From the NCBI GenBank assembly GCA_965655095.1, contig OZ296650.1, positions 19,406,001-19,470,000 of the forward strand: 64,000 nucleotides of DNA, read 5' to 3'. This DNA comes from Haplodiscus bocki (lineage: Eukaryota). The translations under genes and the position numbers were made by a program. Under the pieces are notes generated by a model. The model did not search any database. It was not told the origin of the DNA and worked only from the letters and a program-made list of their open reading frames with translations. This document shows, piece by piece, positions 38,401 through 51,701 of the stretch; the first letter of the stretch is position 1; the number at the start of each line of letters is the position of its first letter.

Positions 38401-41400
38401 TTGAACTGCTTACTCAACATTAGTGGCCACCATGATCACAATTTTTGTAGATAATGCTTTCGCTGCAAGGCATTCAAAGTATGGTCCATCGCTGCAGTCA
38501 CCTGGTGAAGGTATGCGTCGGTTGAAAACAAACCCGAGCACGTATTCCCCCTCTAACCCGCTGGCTCTTCAGCCAAGAGGTGAATTTGAAATGCCGATGG
38601 GAATTGGACAGATGTCAAGATTTGATGAAATGGATCTCAAAATCAACATTTTGGAATATGGAAACAAGGAACTGGTACCCAATCGTGTCAGCAAGAAATG
38701 CTATGCTGACTTTGACGTTGACTTATTCTTATTGAAGAAAGGTTTAACTCATCACTATATGCTCATAACAAACTTTAAAAATTTAATCTGCCGCGTAAAT
38801 GATCGAACTCTGCCATCGGAAGATTGTCTCTGCCGAAACTGCTTTCATACATGTTCTTCAAAAGAATTATACGAGCGACACTTTGTGAGCCGTTTCAACA
38901 ATGAGCCTGCCTTGATTCAGATGCCAAAGCCGGAGGAAAACAATATGAAGGTCACAAACATTCAAGGTCGATGGTTCGCTCCAATAGTTATTCACTTTGA
39001 TTTATAGTCCCTCATTCAACCGGTTTTCGGTTGTTTACGGGATGGTGAAAAAGCCACTACCATTGAAATACACAAAGCTTGTGGGTTTTGCTTAGTGGGT
39101 GTTGAGCATGGTAATCCTACACCAGTTTTAATTCAAGTTGATACGTCAGATTGCATGCGGAATTTAGTTGTGGCATTGAAATGAATTGCGCAAGATGTGC
39201 ATGGTCAAAAGCATTCCAACAAGTATTTCAATGATTTCATTCCTGAAAGCCCCCAGACCTCTCGAAAGTGTCGGATGTGCGACGGCGTCTTTGTTGAAGA
39301 AAGTCAAGTAGATAAAGAGCTAGACCATTGTCACTACGGTGGGGAATTCCTCGGCGATGCACACAACAAATGCAATCTCAAAAGAAGAAAGCTCAACTTC
39401 ATTGCAATGATAGCACATATTCTCTCCAACTACGACCTACACCATTTGTTCAAAAAACTTCATCGGTTCGGGGCAGAGTGGAAAATGGAAGTTATTCCAT
39501 CAACAGACGAGAAATACATCAATTTGTCAGCAGTCGTACCGAAGCGAACGTACTAGGACAGGAACGGCGTAACAAAGACTGTATTTGGATATCTGAGGTT
39601 TGTTGTGTCCCTACGATTGATGTCATCACTCGACAAATTGGTTACCTTCCTTCCAGTAGACAACTTCTCGTACCTGCACAGCCATTTCAGGCACTATTCT
39701 GTTGACCGAAAGCGTCGATTGCACCGCAAAGGTGTCTATCCTTACACCTATTTTGATGATCATGTTAAATTCATGGAAAATTTTTTTACCACCGTTGAAC
39801 TGTTGGAAAAATTCTCAACATCAGGGAGAAGTAAGCATCAGTCGAGACGAATGGAATCACGCTAAAGAGGTGTTTATTAGTTTTGATCGCAAAAAGCTTG
39901 GAGATTACCAGGAGCTATTCCTGGAACAGACACTCTGTTACTAGCATGCGTGGTGGAGGAGTTCCCTAAAATGTGTTATGAGAGCTTAAATCATTGAACT
40001 GCTTACTCAACATTAGTGGCCACCATGATCACAATTTTTGTAGATAATGCTTTCGCTGCAAGGCATTCAAAGTATGGTCCATCGCTGCAGTCACCTGGTG
40101 AAGGTATGCGTCGGTTGAAAACAAACCCGAGCACGTATTCCCCCTCTAACCCGCTGGCTCTTCAGCCAAGAGGTGAATTTGAAATGCCGATGGGAATTGG
40201 ACAGATGTCAAGATTTGATGAAATGGATCTCAAAATCAACATTTTGGAATATGGAAACAAGGAACTGGTACCCAATCGTGTCAGCAAGAAATGCTATGCT
40301 GACTTTGACGTTGACTTATTCTTATTGAAGAAAGGTTTAACTCATCACTATATGCTCATAACAAACTTTAAAAATTTAATCTGCCGCGTAAATGATCGAA
40401 CTCTGCCATCGGAAGATTGTCTCTGCCGAAACTGCTTTCATACATGTTCTTCAAAAGAATTATACGAGCGACACTTTGTGAGCCGTTTCAACAATGAGCC
40501 TGCCTTGATTCAGATGCCAAAGCCGGAGGAAAACAATATGAAGGTCACAAACATTCAAGGTCGATGGTTCGCTCCAATAGTTATTCACTTTGATTTATAG
40601 TCCCTCATTCAACCGGTTTTCGGTTGTTTACGGGATGGTGAAAAAGCCACTACCATTGAAATACACAAAGCTTGTGGGTTTTGCTTAGTGGGTGTTGAGC
40701 ATGGTAATCCTACACCAGTTTTAATTCAAGTTGATACGTCAGATTGCATGCGGAAATTAGTTTTGGCATTGAAATGAATTGCGCAAGATGTGCATGGTCA
40801 AAAGCATTCCAACAAGTATTTCAATGATTTCATTCCTGAAAACCCCCAGACCTCTCGAAAGTGCTGGATATGCGACGGCTTATTTGTTGAAGAAAGTCAA
40901 GTAGATAAAGAGCTAGACCATTGTCACTACGTTGGGGAATTCTTCGGCTATGCACACAACAAATGCAATCTCAAAAGAAGAACGCTCATCTTCATTGCAA
41001 TGATAGCACATTTTCTCTCCAACTACGACCTACACCATTTGTTCAAAAAACTTCATCGGTTCGGGACAGAATGGAAAATGGAAGTTATTCAATCAACAGA
41101 CGAGAAATACATCAATTTGTCATTAGTCGTACCGAAGCCAACGTACTAGGACAAGAACGGCGTAGCAAAGACTGTATTTGGATATCTGAGGTTTGTTGTG
41201 TCCCTAGGATTGATGTCATCACTCGACAAATTGGTTACCTTTCTTCCAGAAGACAACTTCTCATACCTGCACAGACATTTCAGGGACTATTCTGTTGACC
41301 AAAAGCGTCGATTGCACCGCAAAGGTGTCTATCCTTACACCTATTTTGATGATCATGTTAAATTCGTGGAAAATTTTTTTACCACCGTTGAACTGTTGGA

Positions 41401-41586
41401 AAAATTCTCAACATCAGGGAGAAGTAAGCATCAGTCGAGACGAATGGAATCACGCTAATGAGGTGTTTATTAGTTTTGATCGCAAAAAGCTTGGAGATTA
41501 CCAGGAGCTATTCTTGGAACAGACACTCTGTTACTAGCATGCGTGGTGGAGGAGTTCCCTAAAATGTGTTATGAGACCTTAAATCA
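38401..41586 (+). pseudogene. U25-U26, two long B-head monomers (1593 bp each)
   Basis: Identical 194-aa ORFs at 38423 and 40016. Confidence 0.88.
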
Positions 41587-44500
41587 TTGAACTGCTTACT
41601 CAACATTAGTGGCCACCATGATCACAATTGTTGTAGATAATGCTCTCGCTGTAAGGCGTTCAAAGTATGGTCCATCGCTGCAGCCACCTGGTCAAGATAT
41701 GCGTCGGTTGAAAACAAACCCGAGCACGTATTCCCCCTCTAACCCGCTGGCTCTTCAACCAAAAGGTGAATTTGAAATGCCGGTAGGAATTGGACAGATG
41801 TCAAGATTTGAAGAAATGGATCTCAAAATCAACATTTTGGAATATGGAAACAAGGAACTGGTACCCAATCGTGTCAGCAAGAAATGCTATACTGTCTTTG
41901 ACATTGACTTATTCTTATTGAAGAAAGGTTTAACTCACCACTATATGCTCATAACAAACTTTAAAAATTTAATCTGCCGCGTAAATGGTCGAACTCTGTC
42001 ATCGAGAGAATGCCACTGCCGAAACTGCTTTCATATATGTTCTAAAAAGGAAATATACGACCGACACATTGTGAGCTGTTTCAACAACGAACCTGCATTG
42101 GTACAGATGCCAAAGCCAGAGAAAAACAAAATGCAGGTCACAAACATTCAAGATCGATGGTTCGCTCTAATATTTATTCACTTCGACTTGTAATCCTTCT
42201 ATCAAACGGTTTCCCGTTTTTAAAGGATGGTGAAAAAGCCACCACCATTGAATTACAAAAAGCTTGTAGGTTTTGCTTAGTGGGGGTTGAGCATGGTAAC
42301 GCTACACCAGTTTTAATCCAAGATGAAAGGTCAGAAATCTCTCCAACTACGACCTACACCATTTGTGCTGAAATCTTCGTCGATTCGGGGCAGAAAGCAA
42401 AATGGAATCAACAGGCGAGAAATAGATAAGCTTGTCAGCAGGCTTACCAATGCAAACGCATTCGGAAATGAACGGCCTTATAAAGACTGTCTTTGAATTT
42501 CTGAGGTTTGTTGAGTCCCTGCGAATCATGTCATCATCACCCGACAAATTGGTTACCTCTCTTCCAGAAGACAACTTCTCATACCTGCACAGACATTTCA
42601 GGGACTGTTCTGACGACCAAAAGCGTCTATTGCACCGCAAAGGTTTCTATCCTTACACCTGTTTTGATGATCGTGGTAAATTCAGGGAAAATTTTTTACC
42701 ACCGTTGAACTGTTGAAAAAGTTTTTAACAGCAGGGATAAGTAAGCATGAGTCAAGACGAATGGAATCACGCTTATCAGGTGTTCAAAAGCTTTGTTAGC
42801 AAAAAAACCTTGGAGATTACAATGACATATACTTAGAACAGACACTCTGTCACTAGCTTGCGTGGTGGAGGAGTTCCCTAATGTGTGTTATGAGACCTTA
42901 AGTCAGTGAAGTGCTTACTCAACTTTAGAAGTCCAAATGATCACAATTGTTTTTTATACTGCTTTATCGCTGCATGGCTTTCAAAGTATGGTCCGTCGCT
43001 GCAGCCACCTGGTCATGATGTGCATCGGTTGAAAACAAACCCGAGCACGTACTCCCCCTCTAACCCGCTGGCTCATCAACCAAAAGGTGAATTTGAAATG
43101 CCGATGGGAATTTGACAGATGTCAAGAATGAAAGAAACGAATACCTACAGAATCAACGCTTTAGAATATGGAAAGAAGGAACTGGTACCCAATCGTGTCA
43201 GCAAGAAATGCTATACTGACTTTGACGTTGACTTATTCTTATTGAAGAAAGTTTTAACTCATCACTATATGCTCATAACAAACTTTAAAAATTTAATCTG
43301 CCGCGTAAATGGTCGAACTCTGTCATCGAGAGATTGCCACTGCCGAAACTGCTTTCATATATGTTCTTAAAAGGAAATATACGACCGACACATTGTGAGC
43401 TGTTTCAACAACGAACCTGCATTGGTACAGATGCCAAAGCCAGAGAAAAACAAAATGCAGGTCACAAACATTCAAGATCGATGGTTCGCTCTAATATTTT
43501 TTCACTTCGACTTGTAATCCTTCTATCAAACGGTTTCCCGTTTTTAAAGGATGGTGAAAAAGCCACTACCATTGAAATACACAAAGCTTGTGGGTTTTGC
43601 TTAGTGGGGGTTGAGCATGGTAATCCTACACCAGTTTTAATTCAAGTTGATAGGTCAGATTGCATGCGGAAATTAGTTTTGGCATTGAAATGAATTGCGC
43701 AAGATGTGCATGGTCAAAAGCATTCCAACAAGTATTTCAATGATTTCATTCCTGAAAACCCCCAGACCTCTCGAAAGTGCTGGATGTGCGACGGCTTATT
43801 TGTTGAAGAAAGTCAAGTAGATAAAGAGCTAGACCATTGTCACTACGTTGGGGAATTCTTCGGCTATGCACACAACAAATGCAATCTCAAAAGAAGAACG
43901 CTCAACTTCATTGCAATGATAGCACATTTTCTCTCCAACTACGACCTACACCTTTTGTTCAAAAAACTTCATCGGTTCGGGGCAGAATGGAAAATGGAAG
44001 TTATTCCATCAACAGACGAGAAATACATCAATTTGTCAGGAGTTGTACCGAAGCCAACGTACAAGGTAAGAACGGCGTAACAAAGACTGTATTTGGATAT
44101 CTGAGGTTTGTTGTGTCCCTGCGATTGATGTCATCACTCGACAAATTGGTGTTCTTCCTTCCAGTAGACAACTTCTCATACCTGCACAGACATTTCAGGC
44201 ACTATTCTGTTGACCAAAAGCGTCGATTGCACCGCAAAGGTGTCTATCCTTACACCTATTTTGATCATCATGTTAAATTCGTGGAAAATTTTTTTACCAC
44301 CGTTGAACTGTTGGAAAAATTCTCAACATCAGGGAGAAGTAAGCATCAGTCGAGACGAATGGAATCACGCTAATGAGGTGTTTATTAGTTTTGATCGCAA
44401 AAAGCTTGGAGATTACCAGGAGCTATTCTTGGAACAGACACTCTGTTACTAGCATGCGTGGTGGAGGAGTTCCCTAAAATGTGTTATGAGACCTTAAATC

Positions 44501-47500
44501 ATTGAACTGCTTCTCAACATTAGTGGCCACCATGATCACAATTGTTGTAGATAATGCTCTCGCTGTAAGGCGTTCAAAGTATGGTCCATCGCTGCAGCCA
44601 CCTGGTCAAGATATGCGTCGGTTGAAAACAAACCCGAGCACGTATTCCCCCTCTAACCCGCTGGCTCTTCAACCAAAAGGTGAATTTGAAATGCCGGTAG
44701 GAATTGGACAGATGTCAAGATTTGAAGAAATGGATCTCAAAATCAACATTTTGGAATATGGAAACAAGGAACTGGTACCCAATCGTGTCAGCAAGAAATG
44801 CTATACTGTCTTTGACATTGACTTATTCTTATTGAAGAAAGGTTTAACTCACCACTATATGCTCATAACAAACTTTAAAAATTTAATCTGCCGCGTAAAT
44901 GGTCGAACTCTGTCATCGAGAGAATGCCACTGCCGAAACTGCTTTCATATATGTTCTAAAAAGGAAATATACGACCGACACATTGTGAGCTGTTTCAACA
45001 ACGAACCTGCATTGGTACAGATGCCAAAGCCAGAGAAAAACAAAATGCAGGTCACAAACATTCAAGATCGATGGTTCGCTCTAATATTTATTCACTTCGA
45101 CATGTAATCCTTCTATCAAACGGTTTCCCGTTTTTAAAGGATGGTGAAAAAGCCACCACCATTGAATTACAAAAAGCTTGTAGGTTTTGCTTAGTGGGGG
45201 TTGAGCATGGTAACGCTACACCAGTTTTAATCCAAGATGAAAGGTCAGAAATCTCTCCAACTACGACCTACACCATTTGTGCTGAAATCTTCATCGATTC
45301 GGGGCAGAAAGCAAAATGGAATCAACAGGCGAGAAATAGATAAGCTTGTCAGCAGGCTTACCAATGCAAACGCATTCGGAAATGAACGGCCTTATAAAGA
45401 CTGTCTTTGAATTTCTGAGGTTTGTTGAGTCCCTGCGAATCATGTCATCATCACCCGACAAATTGGTTACCTCTCTTCCAGAAGACAACTTCTCATACCT
45501 GCACAGACATTTCAGGGACTGTTCTGAAGACCAAAAGCGTCTATTGCACCGCAAAGGTTTCTATCCTTACACCTGTTTTGATGATCGTGGTAAATTCAGG
45601 GAAAATTTTTTACCACCGTTGAACTGTTGAAAAAGTTTTTAACAGCAGGGATAAGTAAGCATGAGTCAAGACGAATGGAATCACGCTTATCAGGTGTTCA
45701 AAAGCTTTGTTAGCAAAAACCTTGGAGATTACAATGACATATACTTAGAACAGACAGTCTGTCACTATCTTGCGTGGTGGAGGAGTTCCCTAATGTGTGT
45801 TATGAGACCTTAAGTCAGCGAAGTGCTTACTCAACTTTAGAAGTGCAAATGATCACAATTGTTTTCTGTACTGCTTTATCGCTGCATGGCTTTCAAAGTA
45901 TGGTCCGTCGCTGCAGCCACCTGGTCAAGATGTGCATCGGTTGAAAACAAACCCGAGCACGTACTCCCCCTCTAACCCGCTGGCTCATCAACCAAAAGGT
46001 GAATTTGAAATACCGATGGGAATTTGACAGATGTCAAGAATGAAAGAAACGAATACCTACAGAATCAACGCTTTAGAATATGGAAAGAAGGAACTGGTAC
46101 CCAATCGTGTCAGCAAGAAATGCTATACTGACTTTGACGTTGACTTATTCTTATTGAAGAAAGGTTTAACTCATCACTATATGCTCATAACAAACTTTAA
46201 AAATTTAATCTGCCGCGTAAATGGTCGAACTCTGTCATCGAGAGATTGTCACTGCCGAAACTGCTTTCATATATGTTCTTAAAAGGATATATACGAGCGA
46301 CACATTGTGAGCTGTTTCAACAACGAACCTGCATTGGTACAGATGCCAAAGCCAGAGAAAAACAAAATGCAGGTCACAAACATTCCAGATCGATGGTTTG
46401 CTCTAATATTTATTCACTTCGACTTGTAATCCTTCTATCAAACGGTTTCCCGTTGTTTACAGGATGGTGAAAAAGCCACTACCCTTGAAATACTCAAAGC
46501 TTGTGGGTTTTCCTTAGTGGGGGTTGAGCATGGTAACGCTACACCAGTTTTAATTCATGATGAAAGGTCAGAAATCTCTCCAACTACGACCTACACCATT
46601 TGTGCTAAAATCTTCATCGATTCGGGGCAGAAAGCAAAATGGAAGTTTTCCCATCAAGAGGCGAGAGATAGATAAGCTTGTCAGTAGACTTACCAATGCA
46701 AACGCACTCGGAAATGAACGGCCTTATAAAGACTGTCTTTGAATTTCTGAGGTTTGTTGAGTCCCTGCGAATCATGTCATCATCCGACAAATTGGTTACC
46801 TTTCTTCCAGAAGACAACTTCTCATACCTGCACAGACATTTCAGGGACTGTTCTGACGACCAAAAGCGTCTGTTGCACCGAAAAGGTTTCTATCCTTACA
46901 CCTGTTTTGATGATCGTGGTAAATTCATGGAAAATTTTTTTACCAAAGTTGAACTGTTGAAAAAATTCTTAACAGCAGGGATAAGTAAGCATGAGTCAGG
47001 ACGAATGGAATCACGCTTATCAGGTGTTCAAAAGGTTTGTTAGCAAAAACCTTGGAGATTACAATGACATATTTTTAGAACAGACACTCTGTCACTAGCT
47101 TGCGTGGTGGAGGAGTTCCCTAATGTGTGTTATGAGACCTTAAGTCAGTGAATTGCTTACTCAACTTTAGAAGTCCAAAAGATCACAACTGTTTCATATA
47201 CTGCTTTATCGCTGCATGGCTTTCAAAGTATGGTCCGTCGCTGCAGCCACCTGGTCAAGATATGCCTCGGTTGAAAACAAACCCGAGCACGTACTCCCCC
47301 TCTAACGCGCTGGCTCATCAACCAAAAGGTGAATTTGAAATGCCGATGGGAATTTGACAGATGTCAAGAATAAAAGAAACGAATCCCTACAAAATCAACG
47401 CTTTGGAATATGGAAAGAAGGAACTGGTACCGTTTCGTGTCAGCAAGAAATACGATACAGACTTTGACGTTGACTTATTCTTATTGGAGGATGGTCTAAC

Positions 47501-50500
47501 TCATCACTATGTGCTCAGAACAAACCTAACAAATCTAATCTGAACCTAACAAATCTAATCTGCCGCGTAAATGATCGAACTCTGCCATCGGAAGATTGTC
47601 TCTGCCGAAACTGCTTTCATACATGTTCTTCAAAAGAATTATACGAGCGACACTTTGTGAGCCGTTTCAACAATGAACCTGCCTTGATTCAGATGCCAAA
47701 GCCGGAGGAAAACAATATGAAGGTCACAAACATTCAAGGTCGATGGTTCGCTCAAATAGTTATTTACTTTGATTTATAGTCGCTCATCCAACCGGTTTTC
47801 GGTTGTTTACAGGATGGTGAGAAAGCCACTACTTTTGAAATACACAAAGCTTGTGGGTTTTGCTTAGTGGGGGTTGAGCATGGTAATCCTGCACCAGTTT
47901 TAATTCAAGTTGATAGGTCAGATTGCATGCGGAAATTAGTTGTGGCATTGAAATGAATTGCGCAAGATGTGCATGGTCAAAAGCATTCCAACAAGTATTT
48001 CAATGATTTCATTCCTGAAAGCCCCCAGACCTCTCGAAAGTGCTAGATGTGCGACGGCTTCTTTGTTGAAGAACGTCAAGTAGATAAAGAGCTAGACCAT
48101 TGTCACTACGGTGGGGAATTCCTCGGCTATGCACACAACAAATGCAATCTCAAAAGAAGAACGCTCAACTTCATTGCAATGATAGCACATTTTCTCTCCA
48201 ACTACGACCTACACCATTTGTTCAAAAAACTTCATCGGTTCGGGGCAGAATGGAAAATGGAAGTTATTCCATCAACAGACGAGAAATACATCAATTTGTC
48301 AGGAGTTGTACCGAAGCCAACGTACAAGGTAAGAACGGCGTAACAAAGACTGTATTTGGATATCTGAGGTTTGTTGTGTCCCTGCGATTGATGTCATCAC
48401 TCGACAAATTGGTGTTCTTCCTTCCAGTAGACAACTTCTCATACCTGCACAGACATTTCAGGGACTATTCTGTTGACCAAAAGCGTCGATTGCACCGCGA
48501 AGGTGTCTATCCTTACACCTATTTTGATGATCATGTTAAATTCGTGGAAAATTTTTTTACCACCGTTGAACTGTTGGAAAAATTCTCAACATCAGGGAGA
48601 AGTAAGCATCAGTCGAGACGAATGGAATCACGCTAATGAGGTGTTTATTAGTTTTGATCGCAAAAAGGTTGGAGATTACCAGGAGCTATTCTTGGAACAG
48701 ACACTCTGTTACTAGCATGCGTGGTGGAGGAGTTCCCTAAAATGTGTTATGAGACCTTAAATCATTGAACTGCTTACTCAACATTAGTGGCCACCATGAT
48801 CACAATTGTTGTAGATAATGCTTTCGCTGTAAGGCGTTCAAAGTGTGGTCCATCGCTGCAGCCACCTGGTCAAGATATGCGTCGGTTGAAAACAAACCCG
48901 AGCACGTACTCCCCCTCTAACCCGCTGGCTTTTCAACCAAAAGGTGAATTTGAAATGCCGGTAGGAATTGGACAGATGTCAAGATTTGAAGAAATGGATC
49001 TCAAAATCAACATTTTGGAATATGGAAACAAGGAACTGGTACCCAATCGTGTCAGCAAGAAATGCTATACTGTCTTTGACATTGACTTATTCTTATTGAA
49101 GAAAGGTTTAACTCACCAGTATATGCTCTAAACAATCTTTAAAAATTTAATCTGCCGCGTAAATGGTCGAACTCTGTCATCGAGAGATTGCCACTGCCGA
49201 AACTGCTTTCATATATGTTCTTAAAAGGAAATATACGACCGACGCATTGTGAGCTGTTTCAACAACGAACCTGCATTGGTACAGATGCCAAAGCCAGCGA
49301 AAAACAAAATGCAGGTCACAAACATTCAAGATCGATGGTTCGCTCTAATATTTATTCACTTCGACTTGTAATCCTTCTATCAAACGGTTTCACGTTGTTT
49401 AAAGGATGGTGAAAAAGCCACCACCATTGAATTACAAAAAGCTTGTAGGTTTTGCTTAGTGGGGGTTGAGCATGGTAACGCTACACCAGTTTTAATTCAA
49501 GATGAAAGGTCAGAAATCTCTCCAACTACGACCTACACCATTTGTGCTAAAATCTTCATCGATTCGGGGCAGAAAGCAAAATGGAATCAACAGGCGAGAA
49601 ATAGATAAACTTGTCAGCAGGCTTACCAATGCAAACGCATTCGGAAATGAAGGGCATTATAAAGACTGTCTTTGAATTTCTGAGGTTTGTTGATTCCCTG
49701 CGAATCATGTCATCATCACCCGACAAATTGGTTACCTCTCTTCCAGAAGACAACTTCTCATACCTGCACAGACATTTCAGGGACTGTTCTGACGACCAAA
49801 AGCGTCTATTGCACCGCAAAGGTTTCTATCCTTACACCTGTTTTGATGATCGTGGTAAATTCAGGGAAAATTTTTTACCACCGTTGAACTGTTGAAAAAA
49901 TTCTCAACAGCAGGGATAAGTAAGCATGAATCAAGACGAATGGAATCACGCTTATCAGGTGTTCAAAAGCTTTGTTAGCAAAAACCTTGGAGATTACAAT
50001 GACCTATACTTAGAACAGACACTCTGTCTCTAGCTTGCGTGGTGGAGGAGTTCCCTAATGTGTGTTATGACACCTTAAGTCAGTGAAGTGCTTGCTCAAC
50101 TTTAGAAGTCCCAATGATCACAATTGTTATATATACTGCTTTATCGCTGCATGGCTTTCAAAGTATGGTCCGTCGCTGCAGCCACCTGGTCAAGATATGC
50201 ATCGGTTGAAAACAAACCCGAGCACGTACTTCCCCTCTAACCCGCTAGCTCATCAAGTAAAAGGTGAATTTGAAATGCCGATGGGAATTTGACAGATGTC
50301 AAGAATAAAAGAAACGAATCCCTACAAAATCAACGCTTTGGAATATGGAAAGAAGGAACTGGTACCATTTCGTGTCTGCAAGAAATACGATACAGACTTT
50401 GACGTTGACTTATTCTTATTGGAGGATGGTCTAGCTCATCACTATGTGCTCAGAACAAACCTAACAAATCTAATCTGAACCTAACAAATCTAATCTGCCG

Positions 50501-51701
50501 CGTAAATGATCGAACTCTGCCATCGGAAGATTGTCTCTGCCGAAACTGCTTTCATACATTTTCTTCAAAAGAATTATACGAGCGACACTTTGTGAGCCGT
50601 TTCAACAATGAACCTGCCTTGATTCAGATGCCAAAGCCGGAGGAAAACAATATTAAGGTCACAAACATTCAAGGTCGATGGTTCGCTCCAATAGTTATTT
50701 ACTTTGATTTATAGTCCCTCATCCAACCGGTTTTCGGTTGTTTACAGGATGGTGAGAAAGCCACTACCTTTGAAATACACAAAGCTTGTGGGTTTTGCTT
50801 AGTGGGGGTTGAGCATGGTAATCCTACACCAGTTTTAATTCAAGTTGATAGGTCAGATTGCATGCGGAAATTAGTTGTGGCATTGAAATGAATTGCGCAA
50901 GATGTGCATGGTCAAAAGCATTCCAACAAGTATTTCAATGATTTCATTCCTGAAAGCCCCCAGACCTCTCGAAAGTGCTGGATGTGCGACGGCTTCTTTG
51001 TTGAAGAACGTCAAGTAGATAAAGAGCTAGACCATTGTCACTACGGTGGGGAATTCCTCGGCTATGCACACAACAAATGCAATCTCAAAAGAAGAACGCT
51101 CAACTTCATTGCAATGATAGCACATATTCTCTCCAACTACGACCTACACCATTTGTTCGAAAAACTTCATCGGTTCGGGGCAGAATGGAAAATGGAAGTT
51201 ATTCCATCAACAGACGAGAAATACATCAATTTGTCAGCAGTCGTACCGAAGCCAATGTACTAGGACAAGAACGGCGTAACAAAGACTGTATTTGGATATC
51301 TGAGGTTTGTTGTGTCCCTACGATTGATGTCATCACTCGACAAATTGGTTACCTTCCTTCCTTCCAGTAGACAATTTCTCGTACCTGCACAGCCATTTCA
51401 GGGACTATTCTGTTGACCAAAAGCGTCGATTGCACCGCAAAGGTGTCTATCCTTACACCTATTTTGGTGATCATGGTAATTTCATGGAAAATTTTTTACC
51501 ACCGTTGAATTGTTGAAAAATTCTTAACAGCAGGATAAGTAAGCATCAGTCGAGACGAATGGAATCACACTAATCAGGTGTTTATTAGTTCTGATCGCAA
51601 AAAGCTTGGAGATTACCACGAGCTATTCTTGGAACAGACGCTCTGTTACTAGCATGCGTGGTGGAGGAGTTTCCTGAAATGTGTTATGAGACCTTAAATC
51701 A
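41587..51701 (+). repeat. U27-U33, mixed zone: S(B) L(A) S(B) S(A) L(A) S(B) L(A); 1319, 1596, 1316, 1330, 1617, 1318, 1619 bp
   Basis: Junction positions and presence or absence of the 271-bp segment. Confidence 0.88.
47523..47562 (+). repeat. Perfect 20-bp tandem duplication AACCTAACAAATCTAATCTG x2
   Basis: Read directly; the same duplication is at 50458-50497. Confidence 0.95.
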
